A stretch of 63,832 bases of DNA, filler included, from Choristocarpus tenellus KU-1152 (GCA_964200185.2; 13 parts of 13 records of this genome joined end to end with filler, not necessarily neighbours in it), one strand, 5' to 3'; counted from the whole stretch's first letter, positions 25,107 through 39,148 are shown. Notes: generated by a model not told the origin, from the sequence alone. Numbers and translations: made by a program.

Positions 25107-26557
25107 TGTCTACACGAGGAGATGCGATTCAAGAATTGTGGGAACATGTTCCTTCCGAGGGTCCATCTGTCCAAGAATTCTGACAGCTTATGATGACGGT
25201 AGCGGAGTTATCAAGAAACATTGGCAATCTCATGGTTCAGTCTGAAAGAGTCGGCGACAGAAATCATCCTGTCATCGAGGCTGCTGTGCCCAGCACACGG
25301 CCTCTGGCTGAGGGCGTACCAGTCGAAGTGGGTCCTATGGAACCCATGTTGAGGGAAAATTTCCCAGAGAGGGGAAACAGTTTGGATGCTGCGAGCATCA
25401 GAAGTGGGGCGAGCCAGAGGATGGTTCTTCGGAGAGCTTGGGGTCAGGCGTGCATATTGTTCACCCTACGACAAAGAGATCAACAACCCAACCACCGAAA
25501 CTATTGGATGATTCGGACTACCGGGACTGGCGGAGGTGTTTCATCGTGCATTGCAGACATACTCACTGCCTGGATGTGTTGACAAGTGAAAGACCAGTCA
25601 ATCAAGAACGCTTCTACGAGGAACTTCTCTCAGATGGCTTAAGTGCGAATGATATCTGGATGGCAGAAGAGGTCTACCATGCACTTACTGTTGCTCTCAT
25701 CGCACCCACCACCAGGGCAATATGCTATACGTACCAAAGCCCGAGCGAGCTTTTCCGAGCAATAGATGATTGGTTCATGCCTAATACAGTGCGTAATAGC
25801 CAACATTTGTTCCGTGAGTTTTTCACTTCAAGGGTGGAGAAGGGGGCGAATCCGATCCTGACCTTAAATCACCTGGAAGAGCTACGGGGGAGGATGCTAC
25901 CAATGGATCTGGTCATCTCGGACAAGCTGCTACTCCTACAGTTCCTGAGTGCTCTCGGATCAGATTACGATACCGAGATACGCATGATGACCTCACAGAG
26001 AACACTATGTCGAGCAGACGTAGAGAAAACTGCTAGAGAGCGATACGCTTCCCTTCATCAGGGGAAGGACTCAAGACACAAGAACAGCCATGCTTTGGTC
26101 GTTAACAGCTCATCGCAACGGCCAAGGTCGCGGGGGCGAACGTAAATTTCTTGGTGGAAGAAAAAGAAACGGTTCTAATTCCAACCCAAAACGTTCCGAG
26201 AAGATTCCTTGTGAGAGATGCGGTAAGCATGGGCATGAGAAGCCAGCTTGCCCAAACCGCATTTGCATCAAATGTGGTGGACGTGCCTATGATGCTACAA
26301 CATGCACTTCGGTGTTCTTGACTACGGTGCAGTTTGGGAAAGAAGAGATCAAGACTGAGGCGAATCCTTCCCACATTACTGTGGAAAGTACTACCAGCTG
26401 CGGCAACAACGAGCGATAAGCACTACTGGTCGCCACTGAGGACTCTCCGAGCAGCAATGCTCCAGGCAAGTGTGGGGAAAACGAATGTTTGGTGTCAAGT
26501 GTTGGGGTTGGCCGCGAGAGAGAAGAATGGATTTTGGACAGTGCGGCTTCATGTCAC
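25107..26557 (+). mobile_element. Ty1/Copia gag-protease remnant
   Basis: PPKL...DYRDWRR gag motif; CERCGKHGHEKPAC zinc knuckle; EEWILDSAASCH protease motif at the contig end; stops and frameshifts. Confidence 0.9.
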
Positions 26558-26657
26558 NNNNNNNNNNNNNNNNNNNNNNNNNNNNNNNNNNNNNNNNNNN
26601 NTTAATTAATTAANNNNNNNNNNNNNNNNNNNNNNNNNNNNNNNNNNNNNNNNNNNN

Positions 26658-26727
26658 AAAACGAGGGAAGCCAAGCCCCAAATGGACAAACAGGGCAAAA
26701 CTCGTACCCTCTAAGATACTTTCACTC
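26658..26727. mobile_element. MITE family A terminal fragment at contig start
   Basis: GGGAAGCCAAGCCCCAAATGGACAAACAGGGCAAAACTCGTACCCTCTAAGATACTTTCACTC. Confidence 0.88.
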
Positions 26728-26927
26728 TTGGCATCTCTTCTGGACATCCTTGACGTAGGCCTCTCTTCCTCAACAGTCCCCCTAGGTCGATGACATCTCG
26801 TTTAACCCCTCCAAGGATACTCTCTTGCTGCTACAGTATCCTCCTCTGACATTGTATCCACCTCAGTAGACCTCCCAAGATCGACATCAGCACTGGCCAT
26901 CCTTGAGGCAGGCCCCTCTGGGACGAT

Positions 26928-27177
26928 GAATGAAAGTATCTTAGAGGGTACGAGTTTTTCCCTGTTTGGGCTTGACTTCCCACGGGTTTATAATGACATT
27001 TTACCTTCTCCAAAATGTTTTGGAGTATGTAAAATGTGTATGTTATGAAAAGGTGTGTCCGCAAGATGGATATTGACATCTCCTAACAAACATGATACCC
27101 AAAATGACATAAAAATTGCAACATTGGATTTTGTCCTCCAACTGGACGCGGCTCTACCCTCTAAGATACTTTGACAC
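26928..27177. mobile_element. MITE family A, full length, TSD GAT
   Basis: GAT|GAATGAAAGTATCTTAGAGGGTA...TACCCTCTAAGATACTTTGACAC|GAT. Confidence 0.92.
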
Positions 27178-27274
27178 GATGCAATTCCTTCAACCTCTTG
27201 AAGGGTATGCTCTCTTGTTGATACATTCTCATCTGGCGTTGTAGTCTCCTCAGACGTCCCCCCTAAGACGATAT

Positions 27275-28700
27275 CTACTCCAGCCCTTGTAGTGCAAGTT
27301 CGTCTGTTCCTGCCTCCCCCCTAGCAAGAAATAGTCCTAACACAATCTTCTCTTGTTTCCTGTCTGCCTGAGAATAATATTTTCTCTTTGTGGCACTGGA
27401 GCACGGTGAGCTTTGCCCCTTCGATGTGATCACCAATCCAGTTGAGATTTCTCGAGTTAGAACCCAATACATATACCCCGTGTAAAGATTATTCACCACT
27501 GATATCACGAGACCATCCAGGTCTTTGTTTCCCTCAATCCTCAACGCGTCAGTCTCGACAATATTGCGTCGCTCTGACATCTTGTAGGTGATTCGAACTG
27601 AACCTAGTTTGTATGCTAGTGTGGGCACCACAGCAACCTTATTTATGGTCACACTGTACCCCACTTCCTGTTTTGCTGATGTCAGCATCATCACTATCCA
27701 GCCCCAAAAGAAGAAACATCACATTCCTTTCCATCTCCAATAACCACCTTGTCTCCATTGCTATTGCCCCCCCAACCTTGCACACCAACAAAAGAACTGG
27801 TTATGTGACCACTTGCTCCAGGGTCGAAAATACATTCTTCATCATCTGTTGGTCTCCCTGTGTCACAGGTTGTCTCATCGGTCACGACAAGTGCTCCTCC
27901 CCTATGTCAGTGTCTCATACCAACGACCTCCTGGGCCCCTATGTCTCCCATCATTGTCATGTCCGTAACCCCTTTGTTGTTGTCGGCAGGTCGCTGCCAA
28001 TTGCCCTGTCTTCCCGTAGACATCACATTCCTTGGGCTTGGTGGGACATTTATTGCTATAGCATTCCTTCTTACCACGGGCGTAGAATTTTATCCGCTCC
28101 GACTGTGGTGCCACATTCTGCCTTGTAGTTGTCAACACTGCTGTCTTTCTCCCCTAATGAACTAGCTATCTCGGTCTTCAACTGTCGAAACCTGTTTGTA
28201 AGCCCCTGTTCCAACTCTGTCCTTTTTAGAGCAGGTGCCCTCATCAGTAAAGTCCGTTTTTCTAGTTCATACTCCTCCTGTAATCCTCCCAGAATGGTGA
28301 CATTCAGTTCCTTGCCAGAAATTCTTTACCTATTGTGGTTAATCTGTTGGCGAATCGACACACCTTCAGCACGTAAGGTTGGGGCTCCACTCCAGTTCCA
28401 AGCCGACTTGATCGGAACTCATCCCGAACCATGAGCCCTTCATCCAACGTACGTGGTTTGTAGTAATCGTGCAAGGCATCCATTGCGTTTTCTTGATGTC
28501 TCGTGCTCCATCACGATTTCCAAAGCCATCCCCTTGCATCCATTAGAAGAGTCATCGGGTCCCTTTTAAAGGTGTCCCATGCTTTGAAACGTAGGCTACT
28601 CATCCGATTTGCTTTGATACAAAACCGCATCAAGTCCATATTGAACGTTGATTTGTCCATTGCAATGGTCGCTATTCCCAATTACATCATTAGGTCATTA
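27275..28700 (-). mobile_element. Degenerate Ty1/Copia gag-protease remnant
   Basis: Decayed zinc knuckles (CYSNKCP..CDVYGKTGQLAATC); EECIFDPGASGHIT...VVIGDGKEC..G.G; VTINKVAVVPTL. Confidence 0.8.
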
Positions 28701-29784
28701 GCTCATCAGTTCATCATCACAACTCACTCAGAAGGTTATAGTATATAGGAAGTATAGGAGCATGGCCAGCTATCACTCATACATACAGGCATGCTATGTC
28801 TGACAGTAGTTACGTTGGATGTGGATTAAACATTGACTTCTTTCTTCCTCGTTTTAATTCTTCTTTTTCACGTAAGTTATTAGTTTCATAGCATGTGTTG
28901 ACTCTTATTTTTTACTTGACTGGCATTGCCTAACACAAGACATCCCATCACTCTGAAACACGTACAAGACACACGTCAGGATGCAATATAAGCAGAGTTA
29001 AAACCATCCTTCGAAACCCTTCTCTGCCAAGGTGACAACCCTTTTCACAGAGGATGAATTTATTATTTTGAGCGCCTCCACGAATGACCACATTTCACTC
29101 CAACCAAAGTCTGATTGAGTAAGAAATCCCTTCAGACGTTCTAGACCGAATCCGCAGGTGTATTGTTGCACTGTGACACACACTTGCCTCTAAACGTGTT
29201 AATCACAGCACAACCAAACATACCTTCACATCGAACCCTCTCTGACTGAATACAACATGTCATTAGACCTACCAGAATAATTCATCAGTGTTTTGTTGCG
29301 CTATGATCTCCTTCGTCACAAACCAGACATATCGCAATAACACATAACTCATACGAAATCAGTTTTCAACATCCCAATCATTTGCATTCCCTCAATCTGC
29401 TCCTTCCTACAAATCGCTCAGCTCCTCGCTGAATGTGTAAGATGTCCTACTCGCTGTTATGAAAGTGTGAAAACGAGTTTTCTATGTTATCAATTTATTG
29501 GTCTCTCCATTCATCGGTCTCTCCGTTTCACACGGGTACCTCCAATCTGTACGTTGATTCCCTATTCAACATGCTTAGCTACGGTGAAGCCCACATGTCC
29601 CCCTAGCCGTGCCTCGACCCTCTATGCTACTCTCAATTCAATGGCTGTATCGATTTCTCTCGCCATGTTTCGGTCACCCCCAGAAGCCATGACGTCCCTG
29701 ACTCTTCCTTCTGCTGACTCCTCAAATCAAGAAGTTCTCGTGGTACCTCCTGGTTCGTAGTGCACTTTACGGAGGATGACTTAT

Positions 29785-29930
29785 TTTAGAACGTGTTCGC
29801 ACGCTACAAAAGAGTGTGTTGCTCCATCATGAAGATGATGATGTAGAATATACTTAATTTAATTGTAGTGAAGAGTGAGTCGCATAAGGGGGGGTAGTTC
29901 CTAATCTCCATAATCACGCCTTCCACCTAA
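29785..29930 (-). repeat. LTR-like fragment homologous (inverted) to the solo LTR at 48212-48571
   Basis: GGGGGGTAGTTCCTA.TC.CCATAATCACGC and GAAGATGATGATGTAGAAT match the reverse complement of 48395-48490. Confidence 0.7.
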
Positions 29931-30501
29931 TTTGGTAGCTCCACCAACCGATACATTTCCTATAGTGGTACCAATAGGTTATTCGTCTGGGGTTGTCCCA
30001 TCATACCTTTTGATTTAGATATTGGATTTAAAAAATAAAGCATATTCGTGATGCCCGTCACAATGCCCTCCAGAGTACGAGCTTCGTTTTTTTCATTTTT
30101 TCTATTTTTTGGAGTAAGATCTGTCATATTGGGGTTTGAGCCCTGGATTGTAGGTCATCAAGAGTGGCAACAGATATACTATTGACCCAAAGTATCTGGG
30201 AGGGGGGGGGTCTACACCAGNNNNNNNNNNNNNNNNNNNNNNNNNNNNNNNNNNNNNNNNNNNNTTAATTAATTAANNNNNNNNNNNNNNNNNNNNNNNN
30301 NNNNNNNNNNNNNNNNNNNNTTGTGGACAGTAGGGCACACGGAGGGGGTTGGAGGGTGGTTCGCGTGTGGGGTGTGGGGGGGAAAGGGGATCGGGGGGGG
30401 GGGGTGAGGAGGAAGAAGATGACCAAGGACAATGTGAAATCATTTGGGATAGGGGAGGGAAGGGGGTTGAGGTGTGAAAAAATAGAGGAATACTTCCTGA
30501 C

Positions 30502-32500
30502 CTTGGCAGCAAGGAAAAGGGCATTTCCGGTACATCCCTCCACACGGTTGTAGTGGAGCCATTTCACCACATTCAACCATCCATTGGCTGCCGCAAAGTC
30601 CATTGCATCTGTTGAGCAACCCTGTTGCCAATGCAACAAAAATACACCCAAGACAAACAACACCAAGGGTTGAGGGGTTGGGGAGAATGCACAATGAACA
30701 CAAGAGAGGGATTCTGAGGATTCAAGAAAAGACCTGATTCGTTTTTTGAGTTGAGACGGAGGAAAGCGACATGAGCTCTCCGTCCATGCGCAAGTGTTGC
30801 ACTACGGACGGTACAAACCTCCGTTAGTACACCACTTGTGAAATGAAAAAAAACATTGTTTCACTCAGATCTTCGAGTAGCATGTAGACTCCTGATGCTG
30901 ACACGATTGTCCACGAGTCCCTTTAGCAAAGACAGAAACTACTCTCATCAACGTTTTTGAAGTTTAGTGGGGTGAGCTGTTTGAGATCCCTCTCACCTCC
31001 TGGCGGTTCTGATGCAGCCAAATGACCATGTCTATATGCCCTGCCTGTGCAGCCCCATCCATAGCTTTTTCTGTGCACCCCTCCTGTCGATTTTGGTGCA
31101 GCCACTGCATACACCCACACACCAAGAGAGACAACGGTAGCCAGTGTTTTGAGACCATGAACATACTTTTATAGGAAGGCTGAATAGGAGCTTGGTGGGA
31201 CAGGTTGAACATTTATTGTTTGAGGGGGGCAAAAATTGAAGTGAGGTAAAAAAAACGCATACCTTCACAATGTGCATGTGTCCTGCTGATGCAGCCTCAT
31301 TCATTGCATACTTTGTACATCCTCCCATGGATCGATGCTCATGTAGGTACTCAAGGATCTAATAAGGGACATCATAGCATGATAGTTAAGGTTGAGGGTT
31401 AGAGATGGGCGATGAGTTTGTTATGTGATTCCCCTTCAATACTATATGACTCTACAGTGTGGGGGAGGGGCATTTCACACAGTAATGTTCTGTTGTCAAG
31501 TACAGTTTTATCTCACGTTGAAGGTGGGTATAACTAAGATAGCGAAAGAAATTATTGAGGTACAAAGCAAAATAATTCCCCACAACAGTAAAGGCACCTA
31601 GAGGTTTTCATTTACCTCGTACATCAACATAGACATATTTTGAATTGGAAAAGGTGATAGAAGGCAGGAAGGCCTTGGGTAGGTGAGGATTGAACTGATT
31701 TGTGTGGGTGGTGTGTTTCAAAGGTCATGAAGACCTTTACCATAGTGTTTAGAATACACCACGCAATGCATACCTATAAATTTGGATGCTCCCTCGACAA
31801 TTTTGTCCACAACGGTGTTGCACTCCGTGACCTCTAGATCAACTTCACAATACTCGAGGAACTCCAACACCAGTCAAACCTAGTCCTGTCCTATCACACA
31901 CCTCCAGGTGACCTCCTCCTGCCGCAGCATCCATCGCTCCTGAGGATGACTGTATATCCGTATTCTCGTGAAGCCACTGGACTACGGCTTTGTGGCCTAC
32001 CTTCGACGCCCGGTTGATGGATATGTGTGAGTAACTCAATGGATTCGTGTCATGCCTGGCCTGCATGAGGGGTAGATGTCCCGCCGCTGCCGCATGGTCA
32101 CCATTCCAAAAGTTATCCATGGATTCCCCATCCTGGAACTCGGAAATATGGTCCCACAATTTTATCTTAAGGAAGGCACTTTCGAGGGATCCCAAGGTGC
32201 AATGTTGACTCGCACGGTAAGAACAACCCTCAGGATTGGAGCTGGTGCGAACTCCTTCCGAGAGGTTTTCTGATCTGGATATGCTGGTACCTGTACTTTC
32301 GTCCACCCCATTTCCAGCAGAGCTGGGTGAACACGTCAACGAGCTGTCGTCCTCCAGAGGTACTTCGGTTGATACCTCGATTGAAGGGGGATTGGCCAAA
32401 TCTTTACCCTCCATCACCTCCTCTTCAACTCGAATAGCACCACTATCAGGATATTCGGGTATCTGTGGTCGGTAGGAAGGTTGTGGAGTTTGGATGTGCA
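30502..32500 (-). CDS. Ankyrin-repeat protein, 3' partial. Exons ~32500-31902, 31358-31263, 31104-30997, 30621-30502
   Basis: Phase-0 GT-AG exons encode repeats AMDxAAxxGHxxxVxWLHxNRxEGCT; acidic low-complexity N-terminus; start codon uncertain. Confidence 0.9.
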
Positions 32501-34199
32501 TTTGTGTCGGGAGGATCAAGGCAACTGAAGGTCTACAGATTCGAGTTTCACGAGTGTGATCTGGCCGTGATAGAAGCAAGAGGTTCAGTGCTGTGGCATA
32601 AATCCCATAGCACGCATGAGTGTTGATTGAGGCCAATAGAGGCATCTCACCACGTCCGCAGAATCGCAACTTGACATCGCCCGCCGATCTTCTTGGCACA
32701 TGAGCGAGACTTACAGGTAATCGTACTACACCAGTGAGTAATGTAATTCACAAGAGACTCTTCAGATCCACCTAGCCCAGTGTATGGCAGGTGCAAACTT
32801 GACTGGTAATGAAATGAACTAAGGCAAACGTCCAACTCTCCACAATAGGGCGCACCACCTCGACAATTAAAGGAAGCTGTTAGATGTGGGAGATATACAA
32901 TTACTACTAAAATGTCACACATACACATACGATCTAAGATAAAAGGTGGGAGTAAATGCAGAATGCTTTCGTCACGAAGAAGACAAACATACACTTTAGT
33001 GGAAGTTTGAAAAGTCTTCAAAAGTATGGACCAATGGGAGGTGGCAAGAACGACCACACGACCTATCGTCATCTCAAATCTTGAGACACCCCCAAAAGTA
33101 CGTAGTATAACATAATCTTAAGGTTTGAAAATCGTACTCTAACACTAGGATTTACTGATACAAAGATCTAAAAACGTGTCATTGATAAAAGTAAAATAGT
33201 TTATCAACGTCTAGTACAAGATCCAAACATGTGATGGATAGGACAAAATATTTCAACATCCAATTTTCTAGATTGTTGGATAGGAAAGAAATAGAAAATA
33301 TCAAGATCATTCAAGTATATACATTCCACAACGAAGAAGTTTCAGCAAACTACCAACAGACTACAACTGACATTCCACTCCAACCTTTACAACCACAAAA
33401 TATACCTGTCTGTTTAAAAAGACTGTTTTCATCATTATCTTACCTTATTTGTCAGTAGAAAAGAGAAAGAAAAGTTGAAGATTAACCTTACGAACTATTT
33501 ATAAAATTAATTGTTGGAGGTGTTCTCACCATAATATAGCTGGACAGTAGTTCTGGAAGATCATGGAAGTGATGTTCGTACATACGCATGTTGAGGGTGC
33601 CCCCCTTTTTTCTGTACGAATGTTTTTTTCTAAATGGGGAGGGTGAAGATCGTAAAAGGGGGAATGATTCTACCCCAGTTTAAACTTCCAGTACGCAACT
33701 TGGAAAGAGTCTTCTTACCCCACTCTATTCGTTGGTCTCGTAAGCGTCTCATAAAAAACTGAACCAAAAACTAGACTGGGATCGCCAGAGATCGGGAAAT
33801 AGGATATTCTGTCAAGCGTGTTTTGTTTCAGTGTCCTGGTGTCTTGATGGTCGCCAAATATCCTGGTGTTCAGTTAGTGCTGACATTTTCTCTGGTCGTC
33901 CAATCTCTCTGTGATGCCCCTGCGACGGATGTAGAAGGCTCAAGGTTTTATGGCAGTGAGAGTAGGATGTCCCAGAACGTCTGGATGATGATGCCGCAGA
34001 TGTAGTGATAGAAATGAAATTGAGTCTCTGATCTGACTGCTCTCTTTTCTGTTCATCTAAATCTAATCTTGTGTGAATACCTGAGCCATTGAATGATCAC
34101 CTAAGCAGCCTTAATGGAAAAATGTGGTGAGCACAATGCATTTGACTACCTTGGATATCCCAAATGGGACCTGTCCCTGACAGCACACATCTTTCCAAA

Positions 34200-34375
34200 C
34201 GCTCAGAGTATCTGGGGGAGGATGGTGGCTGTCCATTCCGAACCCATTTTTCCATGTATGTCGCGATTTTTGGGTGATTTGGATGCATGCGTCGGATGGA
34301 TTATATAAGTGTAATTCTCCTGGTCAGGGCCTGAATGGACACCCACCCTGGTGTAGACACCAACCCCCCCCCCCC
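34200..34375. mobile_element. MITE family B, near full length, contig ends in poly(C)
   Basis: GCTCAGAGTATCTGGGGG..GGCTGTCC...CCCTGGTGTAGAC. Confidence 0.82.
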
Positions 34376-34544
34376 NNNNNNNNNNNNNNNNNNNNNNNNN
34401 NNNNNNNNNNNNNNNNNNNTTAATTAATTAANNNNNNNNNNNNNNNNNNNNNNNNNNNNNNNNNNNNNNNNNNNNCCCTTTCTTTCCAAAAAGGAGGGTG
34501 TAAGGGGAAACACTTCATTGCTTTTTTGGGTAAAAAAACAGGCA

Positions 34545-34726
34545 AAGGGGGGGGGGGGGGGGGGGGGGCGGCAGCTGTCCATTAGGGGCCCATACTTCCA
34601 TGTTGTGATTCTTGGGTGATTTCGTTGCATACGTCGGATGGATAATGTAAGTGCACTTTTCCTGGTCAGGGTTTGAATGCACACCCCGGTGTAGACCCCC
34701 CACCCACCCACCCACATACTTTGAGC
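34545..34726. mobile_element. MITE family B in a sulfatase intron
   Basis: poly(G)-CGGCAGCTGTCC...GGATAATGTAAGTGCACTTTTCCTGG...GTGTAGACCCC...CATACTTTGAGC. Confidence 0.82.
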
Positions 34727-34936
34727 AAACACCTCACAATCCTCGCAACCACATGGTCACATAGTACACAGTCCTGGCTACAGAACCCAACTAACACCCT
34801 GGTACCACACATGGAGAGAGCAAGAGGCTCCGTATAAATATATAACAAGGTTGAGCCTCTTGACTGCAGATTCAAAATTAGTACCTCCACTCTTGTAGGC
34901 CAGTAAACACACACACACACACACACACACACAGAC

Positions 34937-37478
34937 CTTTTCCGACAATGGCAATCCCCATGTTTGAGCAGGTTCAATTGCTTGATACTGGAATCCATAT
35001 CGTACAGGATAGCGGCCAGTCATGAGGGCTGACCTAGCTGGTGTACACAGGTGCATGCTGTAGTAGTTGGTCAGCTGGGAGGTTAGGGTAAGGGTTGTTA
35101 GGGTTAAACTTACAATTGAAGGGTGACCAAAACATGGCCTCAAATGCCCACTGTCATTCTTACATTTGTGGAGATACAGTAGGTTCAGAGGGGCAAGGGT
35201 TAGGGAATCGGGTGAACAAGGGGGAACAGATGTTGAAGCAAGAAGTCTATTCTTCACAGTGTCGTGTGTCACAGAGGGTTAGCATTGGTGCCACAGTTTG
35301 AATTAGTGGGGAGAGCTTAACATGTTGTATTGGTGTCAAGGGAAGCCATACAAGGTTAATGCAAGCAGTATAGCATTGATGATGCCTCTAAGATTCTCCA
35401 ACAATATGTTTGTCTATTCAATGGACATACTTCAGAAGCATCAAGAATATACTTTAAATGCTGTAGGATACTACCAGTACCAAAATAGCATGTACTGTAG
35501 TAGTATTTAAGTTGCAAATAGACGCTAGTGGAATCATGCACTTCAGATCGTTCAGGCAGAACCCTAGTCTGATTGTGAACGCCAGGGGCAAGATACATTG
35601 GCAAAAGGTATCACACGGCTTGCTTGTATAGAAGCACCACTTTCAGCATATTCTGTGTATTGCCTAACCAAAGATGTAGGATTGGAATTCGCTTTCACCT
35701 AAGGAATATTGGATCACAAAACCGCATTATGCTCCACACACTGTACACAACAAGCTAAGCAAAAAAATACTAGGCAGATCTACGATCTATACCTTATTAG
35801 CAGAATGACAAGACTTACGCATCAACAAATACTTTCCCTTGCCCCCTGTCATCACTCCTATGTTATACTGCACCAGTCTTTAAAAACACAACACAATCAC
35901 CCTCTTCACCAACATTGCACCTGCATTTTTTCTCCCTCCCCATGCTTCCCTTTTTTGGCTCACATGGCCAGTGCAGCGCTTGCACAATGCACTATTCATT
36001 GAACAAGACCTTGATTCAGAGACAAAAACTATCCCCAACCCTATTCCCAACCCCAAAACCTCAGTACATAGGAAACAAAAGTCTACAGGTAAATAAATAT
36101 TATTTCAACATTCTGAATGAGACAGCTTTTACCTAGATGAGTGCTGCCATCAGAGGGAGATAGTCAGCTTTCCTGCACAAAAGATTATGCAACAAGCGGA
36201 TGGCACTCTAGATAAAGGTACAATTGGATGTACTGCTGTGGCTTGCCAAGATGACTTCCTTTGCTTCTAAAAAACCAAACACATGCCCACAACCAGACAA
36301 CAACAATATACATAGACATGAAGGGGATTGAGGGGTGAAAACATTGGTGTCTCAATTACGTTTAGCTACCTTGAACAAGCTTGGGTATACTGGACGCACA
36401 TGTACTAGTTATGCGTCGTTGTCCTAACATCACAACATGTATTAATAATAAGATGTACACTACATCCCTAACTTGATGATCGCCACCCAAAAGGCGTTTC
36501 AACGTTTTCTACTAACATTAAAATACTCGGCTATGACTTTACCTTGCTCATGAAGCACACCCCTACTCATATTTTAGAAGGGATTACACACGCACAACCT
36601 GAGTACTGCAACAGAAACGAATAACATACGGAACAAAATACGCCTGACCTCAATCCGCTCTAATCTTCTATGCACCAACGCATAATTGATCACCCATGCT
36701 ACCTTCGTAGACCCAAGCTCGGATAGCATGTGCTCACCTTTACCCCCTCAGACGCCAGCCGATCGAGGTTGGGCGTGACCTCTCTCAAGTCGGAGGATTG
36801 GTAACCAATGTCCCCATACCCCATGTCATCGATCAAGATGAAAAAAACGTTAGGGAGTTTTCCATCCAATGAATTGTCCTTCTCCCCCCCTTCTCCTTTG
36901 CCATCTCCGTCTGCAGGCAATCCGACAGTCCTTCCCCCAGAAATGGTCTCCTCCAAAGTAAAGTCGCCTTGAGGAGCTTGGCTTTGGCGTAAGCCCTCGG
37001 CCTCTATCCTCTTGGCCTCGAAAGCGTCCTTTTCGGCTACTGTCCTACCTACACCTCCTTTCCAAGCGTTCTCCACCATCGTCCCCTCGCTCGTTTCACC
37101 CTCTCCCTCTACAACGTCTACAATTCCATCCTGGTCATTCACAAGGCGGGGCTTTATTGATCCTTGATTCACCTCCTTCTGTTGTGGTGACATATCGGTA
37201 TCCTCTCTTACAGCAATGAGTGAATCGGTCAATTGGTCGACCTGGTTTGCATCTTGCAACACTCGAAACACGTACACTAGTCCTACAAAGGTGGTGGCGA
37301 GCATGAAAGCTCTAGACAGATTACCAAATGTCAAAACGTTCCTGACGCCGTTCCGTGACCTTCCGACTGAATGGTTAACAAAGCTGTGGGCAGCGCCATC
37401 GGCCCTGATACGAGGCAAGAGACTTGTCTCCTCATTGGTCACATCCTCACCAACATTGTCGATAACTGGGTGAGGCAT
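34937..37478 (-). CDS. Formylglycine-dependent (S1) sulfatase with N-terminal membrane anchor, 3' partial. Exons ~37478-36738 and 35074-34937
   Basis: PNVFFILIDDMGYGDIG...TPNLDRLASEGVK|LTNYYSMHLCTPARSALMTGRYP, containing the CxPxR signature; phase-0 GT-AG intron. Confidence 0.93.
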
Positions 37479-38239
37479 CTCTTTCCAATTCCCAGGAATG
37501 TTCACTTCAATTGTCAACTATCTCCCCACTCTTCACAATATGGCAGACTTCAGAAAAGAAGGCAACCAAGACTCTGTAAGTAGACACCACTCCAAACCAA
37601 GAGGTGTGTCACCATATTGTCGAGGAATGGATGAGGATTTTACTGAAATTGATCAATAGGATTAATTCACCCCATACTCCAATTGTATATTAACATTGTT
37701 GTCAGGGACAAGTGTTTTTGTATGGGATCTCTGTCACACCCATTGTGCAAAAGACGCGCGGGCACATAATAGTGCCCACGCCTACCACGTCCTTTGAGCT
37801 CATCCAATACAATAATGTAAATGATTAGTGGTTTCCACGCATTGTCTTACAGTATTCTTATGTTGAGGACATTTTATATACACATATAACAGGGGAATCT
37901 CAAAATTGAGGAAGGCGCGAAAACGGTCTTAAAAAAGTACCCTGAGGTGTTTTTTTTCGACTGTATTTGCACTTAGAAGGGCCNNNNNNNNNNNNNNNNN
38001 NNNNNNNNNNNNNNNNNNNNNNNNNNNTTAATTAATTAANNNNNNNNNNNNNNNNNNNNNNNNNNNNNNNNNNNNNNNNNNNNCGATATGAAAAAATTGA
38101 CCCCAAATGGACAGCCGCCACCTCCCCCCAGATACTTCGAGCCTGTTTGGCGTTACATACAACATTATCAATTGAACAATAGGTACACCCACAATAACTA
38201 TAGCAACACTACTGTTATTGACACTCCAACCCCCGTCAA

Positions 38240-38275
<36 letters not shown>

Positions 38276-39148
38276 TCCTAATACGACAAGACCACATCAA
38301 TCGTAGCATACAGAACTGCTCCAAGGATGTGTACGTCATGCATTCTTCTTTCAAGTTGGGTTCAGTCATCCCACCGCTTAACGCTCGGCACTTCCCCCTC
38401 AATTCTTGCACAGATCTCGCCCGGTAACAGTGAAGCCTTCCTACGATAAATTCAGTTTTTCCACCCTTTTGCGATTTAGTGACATTATAGTTCAGGTGAA
38501 ATCCATTGTGGCTGCTGTATGTGCTTCACCAGAGGTTTCTATACTACTACTACTCTAAGAATATTCTTCCTATGATCGAGCTTCAACATCCCCCATCCTC
38601 ACCAACAAACACCAACTCTTTATCACTTACTGGATAAAAATTATATGAAAGGCAACCATTGACATCAATTGGCAACGACTCCTACAAAAAGAACCACCCA
38701 CCCCCACATGAGCATTCTCTAAGACTGAGTGGTTCCCATAGGTCCATCTACTCCACATTATATGTCTGTCAATGAGCGTCTATCCGCTTACATCGCATTC
38801 ATAACTCAAATCACGTCATAGGCGATGACTTCACAATTGAACTAGTACTGTGAATTACATATATAATAAATATATTGATAGTATAGTAGTACTAATGGTA
38901 ATACTGTTGTACATTTCTGAAATACTGTTGTTGTTCTACCTCAACAATTTCGGGATGGAGAAGAGTCAGTTCGATTGTACAATATGCTGTACTGTCTTCT
39001 TGTCAGCACAACATAACTATAGTATATCCTTTCAGCTCTCAGCCCCTTGCTCTCCCATTCGACTGTTGAGACCCTTCTTTGCCGAATTCAAACGCAACAG
39101 CAAAAGGCCTTCGTTGATCGCTACATAACGTGGAACGAAAGTCCAAAA

